The notes under the pieces are model-generated. The model was not told where the DNA came from, made no database searches, and saw nothing but the letters and a program-made list of their open reading frames with translations. Positions 38,693 through 49,508 of a stretch of 64,000 nucleotides of DNA are shown here, piece by piece. The translations under genes and the position numbers were made by a program. Position 1 is the first letter of the stretch. Each line of letters begins with the position of its first letter. Origin of the DNA: Lama guanicoe (taxonomy: Eukaryota); the NCBI GenBank assembly GCA_013239625.1, contig MU054693.1:9432443-9496442 (forward strand), given 5' to 3'.

Positions 38693-39689
38693 CTCCCACA
38701 TCTATAACTTACTCGGGAGGCTGGAAAGCTGGAGGACCCCAAAATCTAGTATTTCTCCCCTGGTGCACCTCCTGTTGTCTTCCCATCACACTTTAATCTA
38801 TCTTCGCCTTTGATCAACCCCTCTGTGCCTCAAGCTTCCCCATATTGAAAAAGGGACTCACATTTTCCCTGTACTGAGGAAGTCATGCCTGGTGGTTAAA
38901 GTGGGGGTTCAGTGATGCACTGCCTACATTTGTGTCTCAGCTCTGCGCTGACTCCTAGGGCATCTGGGGCAAAGCTGGATGCCTCTGTATCTCCCCTGAA
39001 CTATAAATAGGAACAATGGCAGCTTCTATCTCGAAAAGCTGTTGTGCAGACTAACTGAGCCAATCCTTGCAAAGTACTCAAAATGGGCTCTGGCACTGAG
39101 CAAACTGCCAGACTCAAGGTCATCCTGCTAGACAGCACAATAGTCAAATTTGAGTCCAAGTTCACCTCTAAGTCCATTGCTCTTCTGACTGCCCCCAGGT
39201 TTTGATTTTGAGGTACGTTCTTTACTTGAGCTGCTTTCTACCAGCATCTCTAACAGAGCAGACTTTTCCCTCACACGATTCCTCCAATCGACACCTTGAC
39301 ACGCTCGAAACATTTTCTACCTCAGTAGAGATGAGCATGTTTTTCTACCCATGGAGAGGGTGGGACCTGCTTCTAGAAGGGAGTGAAAAGAGTCATCAAA
39401 AAACAGAGACCAGCCAAGGAAGATGCAAAAATAATTAAGATAGGAAACGTGCTGCCGTCTTCGCAGGATTTCAATTTTGCTGTTGCCCGAGGGGAGGGGT
39501 GGCAGACGGTCGCTTTCTCACCCTGATACACATTTTGATAAAGTGTGATAAAGACTTAGAAAAATTGACAGATTAAATTGGAATAAGAGCTCCTGTAAGT
39601 GAGGAAAAGCAGCCCGTGGGGCGGCGGACTCTAGGAAAACAGGTGCCATTCTCTCCTGCTCTTGTAAACAAAGGTCCTGGGACGCCCAC

Positions 39690-40018
39690 CCTCCCCTTCA
39701 TCTGCCCAATTCCCACACATCCTTTGGATCTTGGCTCAGACCCCACTTCCTCAGGGAAGTCTGCCTTCATCTCCCAGACTAGACTGTTAAATGCCCTCAG
39801 TGCTCACCACAATTTCCCTCACGACACAGCATTGTTGTAACTACCATGTGTGTTCACTTGTGTGGTTATTTGAATTTATGTCTGGATCCTGTATGAGACT
39901 ATTGGCGTCAAGAGAACAGAAGTTGTGTTTCTTTCGTTCACCACGTACTGCTAGTGTCTAGTACAGTGTCTGGTGCATAGAAGGCACTTGATAAACACTT
40001 ACTGAAAGAAGGAATAAA
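39690..40018 (+). mobile_element. L2 LINE 3' fragment
   Basis: ccacttcctcagggaagtct...acagtgtctggtgcatagaaggcacttgataaac. Confidence 0.7.
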
Positions 40019-40951
40019 GGACGTAGACCAGGGATTTGAATCAGCAGGACCAATGGGACTTCATGTCAGGAGACGCCTGTGGGTACTTATTCCACAGTGT
40101 TCTTTTCTGCTCATCAATTGAACCTGAGCCTTAGAGGCCTATTGAAAAACACTGTTGGCCAATGGGATTTAGTGAAAAAGGACACCCCCTGCATTGCCCA
40201 TTAGAACAAATGTCGACTTTCTCATGTCAGGGCAGAGAGGGATGGCCAAGTGATCTTGTCATGGGATCAGAACAGGAGCTCTTGTCATGCCCAAGGATGC
40301 TTTCTTAATCCCACTGCATTGCATCAGAAAGGGGTTTCCAGGCTCCCCCAGCACCACATGGTGGGGATGCTGTGGTGCTCAGGGTCCTGAAGGGTCCTTG
40401 TTCCGTGGCTAGGTCTGGGTTTAGAGGTGAAGACATGGCACCTAGAGGAAATAAAGCTCATGGTCAGAAATAAAGTTTCTGGTTTGGCAGAGCTGGGATG
40501 AGAAGCCTGGTCTCCTGACCCCTGGCCAAGTGTTCCTTTCAGCTACATTCATTCATTCATTCGTTCATCCACCCACTCACTCATCCATCCATCCACTCAT
40601 TTATTTAATGCCTATGTATTAATGGTCCTGTAATGAGTACCAGGCATTTGGTGTGAAGGAATCAAGATGGAGACCAACAAACATCAATGGCAGTGTATCT
40701 TTATTTTTATTTATTTAGTTTAATTTTCCTTTATTCCACTGAGGACTTTTATCCTTTCCAGCCCTTCCTAATTCCCTGTCTCATGTAAGCAAGAGGACAA
40801 GTCGGCAGAGTTGCCTGGGACACCATGTATCCCCACCGTCAGTCCAGCCTTATGATAAAGTCTTTTGCCCACCACTCTGTGCCCTTTCTCCCCTTCCCAA
40901 CGACCAGGAAGAGACAAGACTGTGCTGGCACACTCAGGGACCCGGTCCACC

Positions 40952-41452
40952 TGAGACAGGACGGAAGAGGGCAGGGCACAACTATTAAATGATTGACACA
41001 GAAATTAGCACCAAGATGGTGGAAGAGTCAACTCCCAGTAGAATCTGAGCTTCAATATACACTTACTGTTATACATTAGCTGCTAAATGGCACACCCACA
41101 GGTGTCACGACAGTTTCAAGGCTGCCCATAAAAGGTTAAAAAGTGGGTGAGGGTCCAGTTCCTGGAAATCCCAGCCCCTTCCCCAAAGTAGTTGGAATAA
41201 TCCTCCCACTTGCTACCGTATGAAGTTACCCAGCCCATTAAAACTAACAACCCCACGCATTTTGACCTTCTCAGACAGCCCGCGTTCTGTCTATGGAGCA
41301 TGTATCTCTCTGAATAAATCTATCTTTGCTCACTCTTGAATCCTTTCCTACATGAAGCCAAGGACTCCCACTTGGTGCAATGCATCCCAGGGACCTGAAT
41401 GAGACCTGGGACATAGATAGCTATTCCCTTGCGCCCCATGTTTCATGTATCA
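40952..41452 (+). mobile_element. MER41-like ERV1 solo LTR (family B, copy 1) with GAS motif
   Basis: tgagaca...tgtatca termini; 4-bp TSD CACC (40948-40951/41453-41456); MER41-like blocks (accaagatgg, cattagctgctaaa, gaataatcc, ctatggag, aataaa); TTCCTGGAA at 41159-41167. Confidence 0.88.
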
Positions 41453-41922
41453 CACCTGTCTCAGGTACGGGGAGTGGAGCATCCCTTGGCATTAATAGGT
41501 CTCGGAGTCAAGCTGGGCCTTTTCAAATTCCCAGAGGGCTGAGGCCAGGGGAGGAGCTCTGAGGGCTGACATCCTTGGCTACTGCATCATTTGCTCCAAC
41601 AGCACGTTTAGTGGGGAACTACTCCAGGCCAGGCCTGTGTGAAGTGGCCAGGGGTTATGATCGTTTGGAGCTCACCTACCGGGGAGGTGCTCTCAGCAGA
41701 CAATGACAACGCAAAGCTTAGGAAAACAGTGTCTATCGTACATATCTTTGCATCTCAGGAGGTGGTTCGGAGCCTCAGAAAGTGTTTTTTTTGGAGTCAG
41801 CTGGGCTTGGTTCTAAAATCCAGTTCTTCCAGCTGGATTTGTGTTTGAATTACTCTGTATGAATCCCAGTTTCCTGTTCTGTAAAATAATGTGATGATAC
41901 CCGACTCACTGGGTGGTTGTGA

Positions 41923-42402
41923 CGTAATCCAGCAGGACCCTTCCTGGGACAGACCCCTCCCCCATATCCTCTCGGAAGGACCCAGATAATAGTCTCTCAT
42001 ACAGGTTTCCTGAGTTTTTCAGATGCTAAAACCACCACCAAATGGAAGAAATTAACTACTTGATGATCAGGAGAACCTGGCCCCTAGACTTCCTGGCCTG
42101 TAAGGATTGATAATGTTGATCGCCCTGAGACCGCAGCATCAGCCAATCAGAGCTGTGCATAGTTGATGACAGATGCTGGGACGCCCCGCCCCGCCCTACC
42201 CCACCCCCACCCTCGCCTGGTCCTTAAAAGCGCTCAGCTGCCCCCCACCACCCCCCTTCCGGGAGTTCTGGGTGTTCCTGTCCGGGAGCCACTATTTCTC
42301 CTTGCTCGGCCCCGCAACAAACCTTTCTCTGCTCAGAACTCCAGCGTTTCGGTTTGTTTGGCCTCTCTGTGCGTTGAACACATGAACTTGAGTTCGGTAA
42401 CA
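41923..42402 (+). mobile_element. ERV1-class solo LTR (family A, copy 2), inserted in a MIR
   Basis: cgtaatcc (TG mutated)...gtaaca; 4-bp TSD GTGA (41919-41922/42403-42406); shares aaaaccaccaccaaa(t/g)ggaagaaattaactacttgatgatc with 31350-31826; MIR continues on both sides. Confidence 0.9.
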
Positions 42403-42483
42403 GTGAGAAATGTGTCAGAGAAGCGTCTGGAGCGTGATGGGCTCTCAATGAGTCAATGTCCATTTCCTTTCCCACTGGAGCAG

Positions 42484-42845
42484 TGTCAGCAGCCTTAAGT
42501 GAGTAGGCCCTGGGGCCCAGGCCCAGGTGCACAATAGCTTGCACCTCGTAAGAGGTAAGTGTGCGCATGCGCCAGTAGTGTTACCACCACGCATGCGCCA
42601 GTGGCGTGAGTCAGCATTATGACTAATACGCATGCGCGGGCAGAGTATGTAAAAAGGACAAGTGCGCCATACTGCCGGCAGCGCGCCATCTTGTTGAGGT
42701 GGGAGAAGGTGCTGAGCGCCGCCTGGTGTGCACGCCATGGGCTTGTTCTGCAATAAAGTGCTGTTTTGCTCCGTGTGGGCTCCTCGCGCCTTCTTCCAGT
42801 TGGGCAGCTCACCTCGGATCCCTCTCCAGCCTCCCGCGGCTGACA
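42484..42845 (+). mobile_element. Young CpG-rich solo LTR (family C; 5-bp TSD, ERVL-like)
   Basis: Inverted termini tgtcagc/gctgaca; perfect TSD AGCAG (42479-42483/42846-42850); TATA-like tatgtaaaaa ~42646; aataaa 42752-42757; 22 CpG in 362 bp. Confidence 0.88.
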
Positions 42846-43182
42846 AGCAGACGCTCGCTTCAGGCCTGCAAACTGAACCAGGCCTCGCTCTGAGAAGATG
42901 GTCAGCCTCTCAGGGCAGGTGAAGGCTGACTGCTGGCTGTGTGGCCTTGGGCATCTCATCTGGAAACTGAGCGGAATCAAGCCTCCTTCCCAGGGCGACG
43001 GTGAGTAGGTCAGGGCCAGGCTGATGGGAGGGAGGTGCTTAGGCCCCTCTGGTAAGGAGCTGGCCACAGTCAGGGTCGCAGCTGTAGGTGCTGGGCTGGC
43101 ATTTGCCCTGACTGTGACCACTAAACCCATTCACGGCTGCAAAGTGGGGTGCGCGGGCCAGGCACAAAGCGGGCGCTGCTTT

Positions 43183-44205
43183 TGTCTGTGGTTATTTTGT
43201 GGAAAGAGACAAAAAACGCCACTCAAACTGTTTAAAAGAAAGTGAGTTTATTTACTATGGAGTTTAAATGGGGAACACATTCTGGTGGAAATCAAAGAAC
43301 CAGGATCCAGGGGTGGGTGGGGTCCTGAGGGTCCTGGAATGGATGGGTGGTTCTGGAGGTGCAGTGACTCCTGGAATCTGGGCAGGAGTTCAGGGCCCCC
43401 TTCTGTGGCCCCCAAGGCCCTGCATGACATGCCCTCCCTGCCTGCTTCTCCAGCCTCGACTCAGAGCCCTCTCCCTAATCAGACGATGCTCCTGCCCACA
43501 GCCTCCCTTAGTTCCCGAGGGCTCGGGTCTTTCTTGGCTCTGTGTCTTCCTGCATGCGTCCCTCTCCCTGGACTGTCCTGTCTCCTCTTGTCACCAGGGA
43601 AACCCCTGGTCGTTTCTCAGGATCTCGCTTCGTTGTCATTTTGTCTTAGAAGCCTTCGCTGGTCCCCCCTACAATGCAAGTAGCCGGTAAGTCTCTCTCA
43701 AAGCACTTTGTGTAGCTACACGTTTACTTTATTTGTTCCCTGTCACTTCCTATTAGATTGTGAATTCTCTGGTGGCAAGGGTTGTATCTGTTTTGCGATT
43801 TACTCATTCCCCAGTGCCTGGCACAGTGCTTGGTGCATGGGGATTTCTCCTACATCTTTGCTGAATGAGTGAACAGAGGATCATTTCTCTACTCCAATAA
43901 CCTGCTATTAACATGACCCTGGTGACACTCCATTTATCTGCTTTCTGTGGCTATTTGCTTTTCTCTGCTTCTAGAGTTTCTGAGACCCCTCTCCTCCATA
44001 TCCAGATGTGCTCCTGGCCCCTCTCAGCCTCAGAAGATCCCCTCCTCACCTCTCAGCTGTGGTCCCTCACAGCACCTGACCATCTTTTTATGTTTCTAAG
44101 TTCAAATTGCCTAGAGGAAAATAATGTGGCTGATTAAACTCACCTAGTCAGGAGAGATCCCAGGGTTGGTTCTCTGATAGGTGGCCAATCTATGGACTAG
44201 TTACC
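43183..44205 (-). mobile_element. Old ERVL/MaLR-type LTR fragments flanking a plus-strand L2 (~43425-43872)
   Basis: ccactcaaactgtttaaaagaaag; ttcaaattgcctagagg; L2 tail cccagtgcctggcacagtgcttgg...gctgaatgagtgaa; subfamily uncertain. Confidence 0.45.
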
Positions 44206-44207
44206 TC

Positions 44208-44440
44208 CAGGGCAGCTGTCCAGTGAACCCTGCACTGGCTCCAGAGTGCTCCATCACATGTGGCTTTTGGGCTCTTGCAACGTGCCTCGTGCCCCACGTT
44301 GAAGTGGTATCTTTCTATATCGTTTAAATCCAACATGTTACTGAAATCAATTTTTCTTGCCTTTTTACTTCTTTAATGTGTCTACTAGAAAATCTGAAAT
44401 CACATCCGTGGTTCACAGTATATTTTCACAGGACAGTGTG
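44208..44440. mobile_element. MER33/MER3-like hAT-Charlie fragment
   Basis: gctgtcca start, cacatgtggct, tttaatgtgtctactagaaaatctgaaatcacat, ggacagtgtg end. Confidence 0.7.
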
Positions 44441-45144
44441 GAATCGATCGTGGTTGGAGTGTGGTAGGAAACCACATTACATGGTAGAAAATGGGGCTGT
44501 CTGAACGGCAGGAGATCTGGATTGGGAAGCTTCCTTTAGAAGGAGGCACTGGGGAACATCTCTGTGACATTTTGACTGCCACAATTATTATCCCAGTCCA
44601 TTCAACAATTATTTATTGTATAGCTCCATCGTAATATTATTGAAACATTTTATCCTATTGTATACCTTATCCAGCACTGTTACCAATATTAAGACAAACT
44701 CCGTGGCCAAAAGCAACACACAAGTATTATTTCACAGCTTCTGTGTGTCAGGGGTGTGGGCACAGCTTAACGAGGTCCTTCTTTAGGGGCTCATAAGGCT
44801 GAAGTCAAGATTTTGGCTGGGCCACCCTCTCATCTTAAGGCTTGACTAAGTGGTTGTGGGCTTGTGTGATTTTGTCAGAATTTAATTCTTTGAAGCTATA
44901 GTACCGAGGATCTATTTCTTTCTTTTTTACTATGTAAGTGTCAGGGGTGCAGCATTATAATTTAATATCTGAATACTCTACGAAGTGCACACCTCCACCA
45001 GTACAGTTACCATCTATCACGATTCAGTTGACCCCCTTTACCCATTTCACCCTCCTCCTAAACTCCTTCCCTCTGGTAGCCACTAATCTGATCTCTGTTT
45101 CTCTGAGTGTTTTTTTTTAATCTTTTATTTTGTTTGTTTAGTTT

Positions 45145-45393
45145 NNNNNNNNNNNNNNNNNNNNNNNNNNNNNNNNNNNNNNNNNNNNNNNNNNNNNNNN
45201 NNNNNNNNNNNNNNNNNNNNNNNNNNNNNNNNNNNNNNNNNNNNNNNNNNNNNNNNNNNNNNNNNNNNNNNNNNNNNNNNNNNNNNNNNNNNNNNNNNNN
45301 NNNNNNNNNNNNNNNNNNNNNNNNNNNNNNNNNNNNNNNNNNNNNNNNNNNNNNNNNNNNNNNNNNNNNNNNNNNNNNNNNNNNNNNNNNNNN
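45145..45393. other. Assembly gap (N run) inside L1
   Basis: N run. Confidence 1.
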
Positions 45394-46094
45394 TAGGGGT
45401 CCATGTATCATTTCAAATGAGTATATTCATAATCTTGAGATCAGAGGTGGAGTAACTGGGCCATATGGTAGCTCTAGTCTTAATTTTTTGAAGAATCTCC
45501 ATACTGTTTCTATAGTGGCTGCGCCAGTTTACATTCCTACCTGCGTTTGATGAGAATGGCGGTTCCCTTTTCTTCACATCCTCACCAACATTTGATGTTT
45601 CTTGTCTTTTTGATAATAGACACTGTAATAGGTATGAGGTGATATCTCACTGTGATTTTTGACATGCAGTTTTCGATTAGGGATTTTGAACATCTTTTCA
45701 TGTCCCTGCTGGCCATCTCCGTCTTCTTTGGAAAACTGTCTGTTCAGATCCTTTGCCCGTTTTTCCTTTGGCTTGTTTGTTTTGTTGTTGTTGAGTTGTA
45801 TGAGTTCTTTTTGTGTTTTGGATATGGATGCCTTATCAGACGTAGGATTTGCAAACACCTTCTTCCATTCAGTAGGTTGGCTTTTTGTTTTGATGCTGGT
45901 TTCCTTCACTGGGTAGAAGCTTTTTAGTTTGATGTAGTCCCATTTGTTTACACTGGCTTCTGTTTCCCTTGACTTTGGAGTCAGATCCACAAAAATATTG
46001 CTAAGACTGATGTCTGTGAGGTTGCCTCTACGTTTTCTTCTAGGAATTACATGGCTTCAAGTCCTATATTCAAGTCTTTAATCCATTTTGAGTT

Positions 46095-46228
46095 TTTTTT
46101 TTTTTTTGGCAGGAGGAAAGTAACTAGGTTTATTTATTTTATTTATTTCATAGTGGAGGTACTGGGGATTGAACCAGGACCTTGTGCATGCTAAGCAGAC
46201 ACTCTACCACTGAGCTATATCCTCCCCA
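46095..46228 (-). mobile_element. tRNA-Ala-derived SINE (camelid vic-1 type) inserted in L1
   Basis: Minus strand tagctcagtggtagag...cttagcatgcac...ggttcaatcccc, A tail; 12-bp TSD ccatt(t/t)(t/g)gagtt at 46083-46094 and 46229-46240 (one mismatch). Confidence 0.9.
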
Positions 46229-47462
46229 CCATTTGGAGTTAATTCTTGTGTATGGTGTCAGATCGCCAGGTTGTATTCTTTTGCATGTGGCTGTCTGGTG
46301 AGAGCATCAGAGCCTTGGTGGCTGTTGGGTGGAGGTCACCCTCAGTTCCTCGCTGGTTCTCTGCCACATGGGCTTCCCCACCATGGCCACAAAGGCAGCA
46401 AAGGAGAGAGTCTTCTAGGGAGACCAGTGTTACAACCTCATTAACCTAATCACAGAAATAGCGTCCCGTTATCTTTGCCATATTGGTTCAAAGAAAGCCG
46501 CAGGCCCTGCCCACACTCAAAGGGAGTTGGCTGCATAAGGATGTGAACACCAGCAGGTGGGGGTTGAGGGGATCTTTTTAATATGTCCATCACAACTATA
46601 TAATGCTTACTTTGGGGCTGGAGATACAGGCATAGAATACTGTATGATCCAGATAGTTTAAGAATCATTAGTTCTAGTTTCCCTTTGGATAAATCGAGGC
46701 CCAGAGAAGGGGAACGGGCTTCAAAGATGGCATGTTAGTGACACATTCTGACCCCACTCCTCGTCCCTCCTCTGCACCTGCTCCTGCAGCAAGTGGTGGG
46801 ATGGACTCGAAGCAATGGGTGGTGTTCTCAACATGAAAAAGGCCGTAGACTGGGAGAAAAAGTTGATAACACGTTGACCCTCCTGAGAGATGCGGTGGCT
46901 TCAAATTAGTCTCTCTCCATGGTCAAGCATCTTGTAGTCTGGCCACTGGAAGAAGGGAGGCAGAAAACACCCTGATGTTTGTGACCGTCGATGACCTCAG
47001 AGCTTCCCAGGCAGGCTGGAAGCCCTGCGTGCAGATACCCTACCGCCGTAAGCGGCTCTGCCTCTGGTTTCATGGCTGTCCAGCTGGAGACATGCTAACG
47101 TGCTCCTAGAACGTGTGGGGCAGTACTCAGCCACCTGCTGGATCTTGTCAGTCGGGGATGTGCACGCACAATGCTAAGAGGTGCAGAATATCATCCTAGA
47201 ATTTAAGAATCTGCAAAGTCCTTTAAAGAGATAACAGGAATATCTTATCTGCCTGTCTGTCTATCTTTCTATCTATCCATCCATCCATCCATTTGCTTGT
47301 TTATTTATACATAGCAATATAGTATTAAATATCAAGCAAAATCCAATTTGCACTTATTGAAAAGAAATGAGATATTAATAATATTCTGTTTAATTATTCT
47401 CTTCCCTCTAAAATACAACATATCCATAATTTAGAATTGCCTCTGTGTAATAAAATTTCCTG

Positions 47463-47765
47463 TTTTAGGCAACTTTATTGAGGTATAATTGATAAACAAC
47501 CCAATGCACATAAATAAAGTACACAGTGGGATGAGCGTGGAAGTATGTGTACACCTGTGAAACCATCTCTGCAATTAAGGTAAGAAGCACAGCCATCCCC
47601 TTCAAAAGTTTCCTCCGGCCCTCCCCTTGTTTTTGGTAGTTTGTTTTTGTGGTAAGAACACTTAACGTGAGATTTATCCTCTTAACAAAATGCTGACGTG
47701 CACAACGCCGCACGGTGAACCAGAGCAGTGGGTCTCCAGAATGCCTTCATCTCGTGTGACTGCAT
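47463..47765 (-). mobile_element. Old L1M 3' UTR fragment
   Basis: caactttattgaggtataattga...acacctgtgaaaccatc...gtggtaagaacacttaacgtgagatttatcctcttaaca. Confidence 0.85.
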
Positions 47766-49508
47766 GGCCCTGCACCCACGTTGCCACTGATGAGAGGTGA
47801 CAACCAGTGTTGACCTCATGCTTACAGAGCACTTGGCTGTCACACACCTCTTTTAATACTCACAGGCCCCTTATTTTGGATGAAACAAGGCTGAAACTTA
47901 GGAATGACCTAAATGACTTGTAGGGTTGGGTCTCAAATCTGTACTTAGAGGAGCTGCCGCTCCCCCATCCCACCACGTTTTTCAGGATGATTCTGAACGG
48001 TCTGGTACCCACAACAGCAGCTTGCATGTGGGTGGACACATCCCGTGGGCCACATGCTGTTTTACGCCCTTCATGTGGACAAATTTACTTGATCCAACAC
48101 CTTACTCCTAACAGGTAGAAATGATCATCACTGCCATTTCATAGAAGGGACACTGAGGCTCGGAGAAGTTAGGCTGTGGTCACGGTCACACAGCTTGTGG
48201 GTGGGAGCGGGGGGACTTGAAGGCTCTGGGCTTGACCACTGTGCCCGTTGACTCTGTAGCGCAGTCTCGAGCTCAGCAGCACCCCACCCTTTCCACTTGC
48301 TGCACAGGGAAACTGAGGCTGGGAAAAGCCAAGGAGCTGACCTGGAGCTGGCACTCAAGGCCCCTGCTTCCCAGGTCAGCTGGCCTTGCCCCTGCCAGCT
48401 TCATCTTTCGGAGCCAATGGCCTTTCAGTGTCCCGAGGCGTCCTGCCCCGCCCCAGAAAGGATGTGGGCTAATTAAAATCCCCCTTTCCCACCCTTGTCT
48501 CCCTTTTAACACTTTGTAAACTATTTTTCCCCCAGTTCTTTCTTTTTAGCCTTTCACAGCTGCTCATTTGGATAAGATCTGGTACCCAGGGGTTTCTGTG
48601 ATGAGCAACATCACAGCCCGGTCCCCTTCCCATGGGAAGCCAGAGGAGGGGACTAGGAGAACAGGGAGCATTTCCCATTAAATTGGCCTCCTGCAATCTG
48701 CGGAGTTTAATCTTAACTTGAAAGTGTTTTTGATCAGCTTTCAGGCCCGCTCTCTCCTTCCAGCCCACCCCTGTCTTTGGGCCCAGCACCCTCTCTCTCC
48801 CCTGTATTCGGAGGAATTCAAAGTTGTGTGTGATGGAGGTGAGGGGGTGGAAGGGGGAGGAAATGAGTGTCCCCCCTTTTATCTCCATTTTCCAGCTGCC
48901 TTTCTGGACAGACAGAAGTTCTAACTCCAGTTCCTTTTCTAGAAGCTTAGGATCAGCTTCTATATTGAGATCTGACCTGGCGCCTGCATTTCAAAGGCAT
49001 CTTTGGCCTTGGGCTCACAGCAACTGCCCCCTCCTTCCCTCTCGTACTCCCCCCCCCACTTCTGCCCTCCCCCTCAACCCTGACCTTGCCCTTCTTCGCT
49101 TGGCTCTTACACCTTTTCTTCCAGTGACTGTTTCTGTCCTGTCCTTTTTATGCTTCAGAATGAATCACTAACACAGCCCCCCTGCCAAGCAAAGCAAGGT
49201 CTGATCTTCTAAATTTTAGGTCCAGGATTTGCAGGGAAAATAATGGCTCAATGTTCTGAAGGCTTCATTATACATTCATTTGGCGGCATGCAGGTTTACG
49301 GAGGGAGGGAGACCATTTGCTTACTCCAGAAATGAATTCCTGGCAAGGCTGTATCCATCCAGATTGAAGGTACCCTCAGGTCCTCTTTTCCCCAGATGAA
49401 CTGGGAGGCGTTATTATTCCACGTAAGCTGAATGAATATTCATGGCTGTGGGCTGGGGAAGCTCTGGACCGGGAAAGGCTAGCCATGCCTGATGTTTACT
49501 AGTCCTGC

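Larger units (their letters stand above)
44915..46297 (-). mobile_element. 5'-truncated LINE-1, spans gap 45145-45393 and carries a SINE
   Basis: ORF 45574-45990 gives a degenerate L1 ORF2 peptide ([11 protein letters not shown]...[14 protein letters not shown]...KELIQL); 3' UTR at the left end. Confidence 0.92.
44659..46594 (-). mobile_element. MaLR LTR (MLT1-type) split by an L1 (LTR parts 44659-44912 and ~46300-46594)
   Basis: tgtata...cacagcttctgtg...aaggctgaagtcaag | ggctgttgg...gccacatgggc...gcccacactcaa...atcaca; 5-bp TSD cctat/actat. Confidence 0.75.

Noticed and set aside
31350-42402. Two same-family, same-strand LTRs ~10.5 kb apart as the ends of one provirus
   Set aside because: Each has its own TSD (GGTT vs GTGA), they are visibly diverged, there is no PBS or gag-pol-env, and the interval holds older MIR/L2/MLT1 fossils
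42484-42845. Ordinary CpG-island promoter of a cellular gene
   Set aside because: TG..CA inverted termini, a perfect TSD and a TATA-to-AATAAA layout indicate an LTR origin; it may still act as a promoter
42445-43130. Longest ORFs (211 aa, 133 aa) over the CpG-rich region as a gene
   Set aside because: They cross LTR, TSD and MIR boundaries, show no recognisable domain, and are expected in GC-rich, stop-poor DNA
45574-45990. L1 ORF2-like ORFs (also 32924-33419 and 56478-56819) as functional CDS
   Set aside because: Short, frameshifted, 5'-truncated retrotransposon remnants
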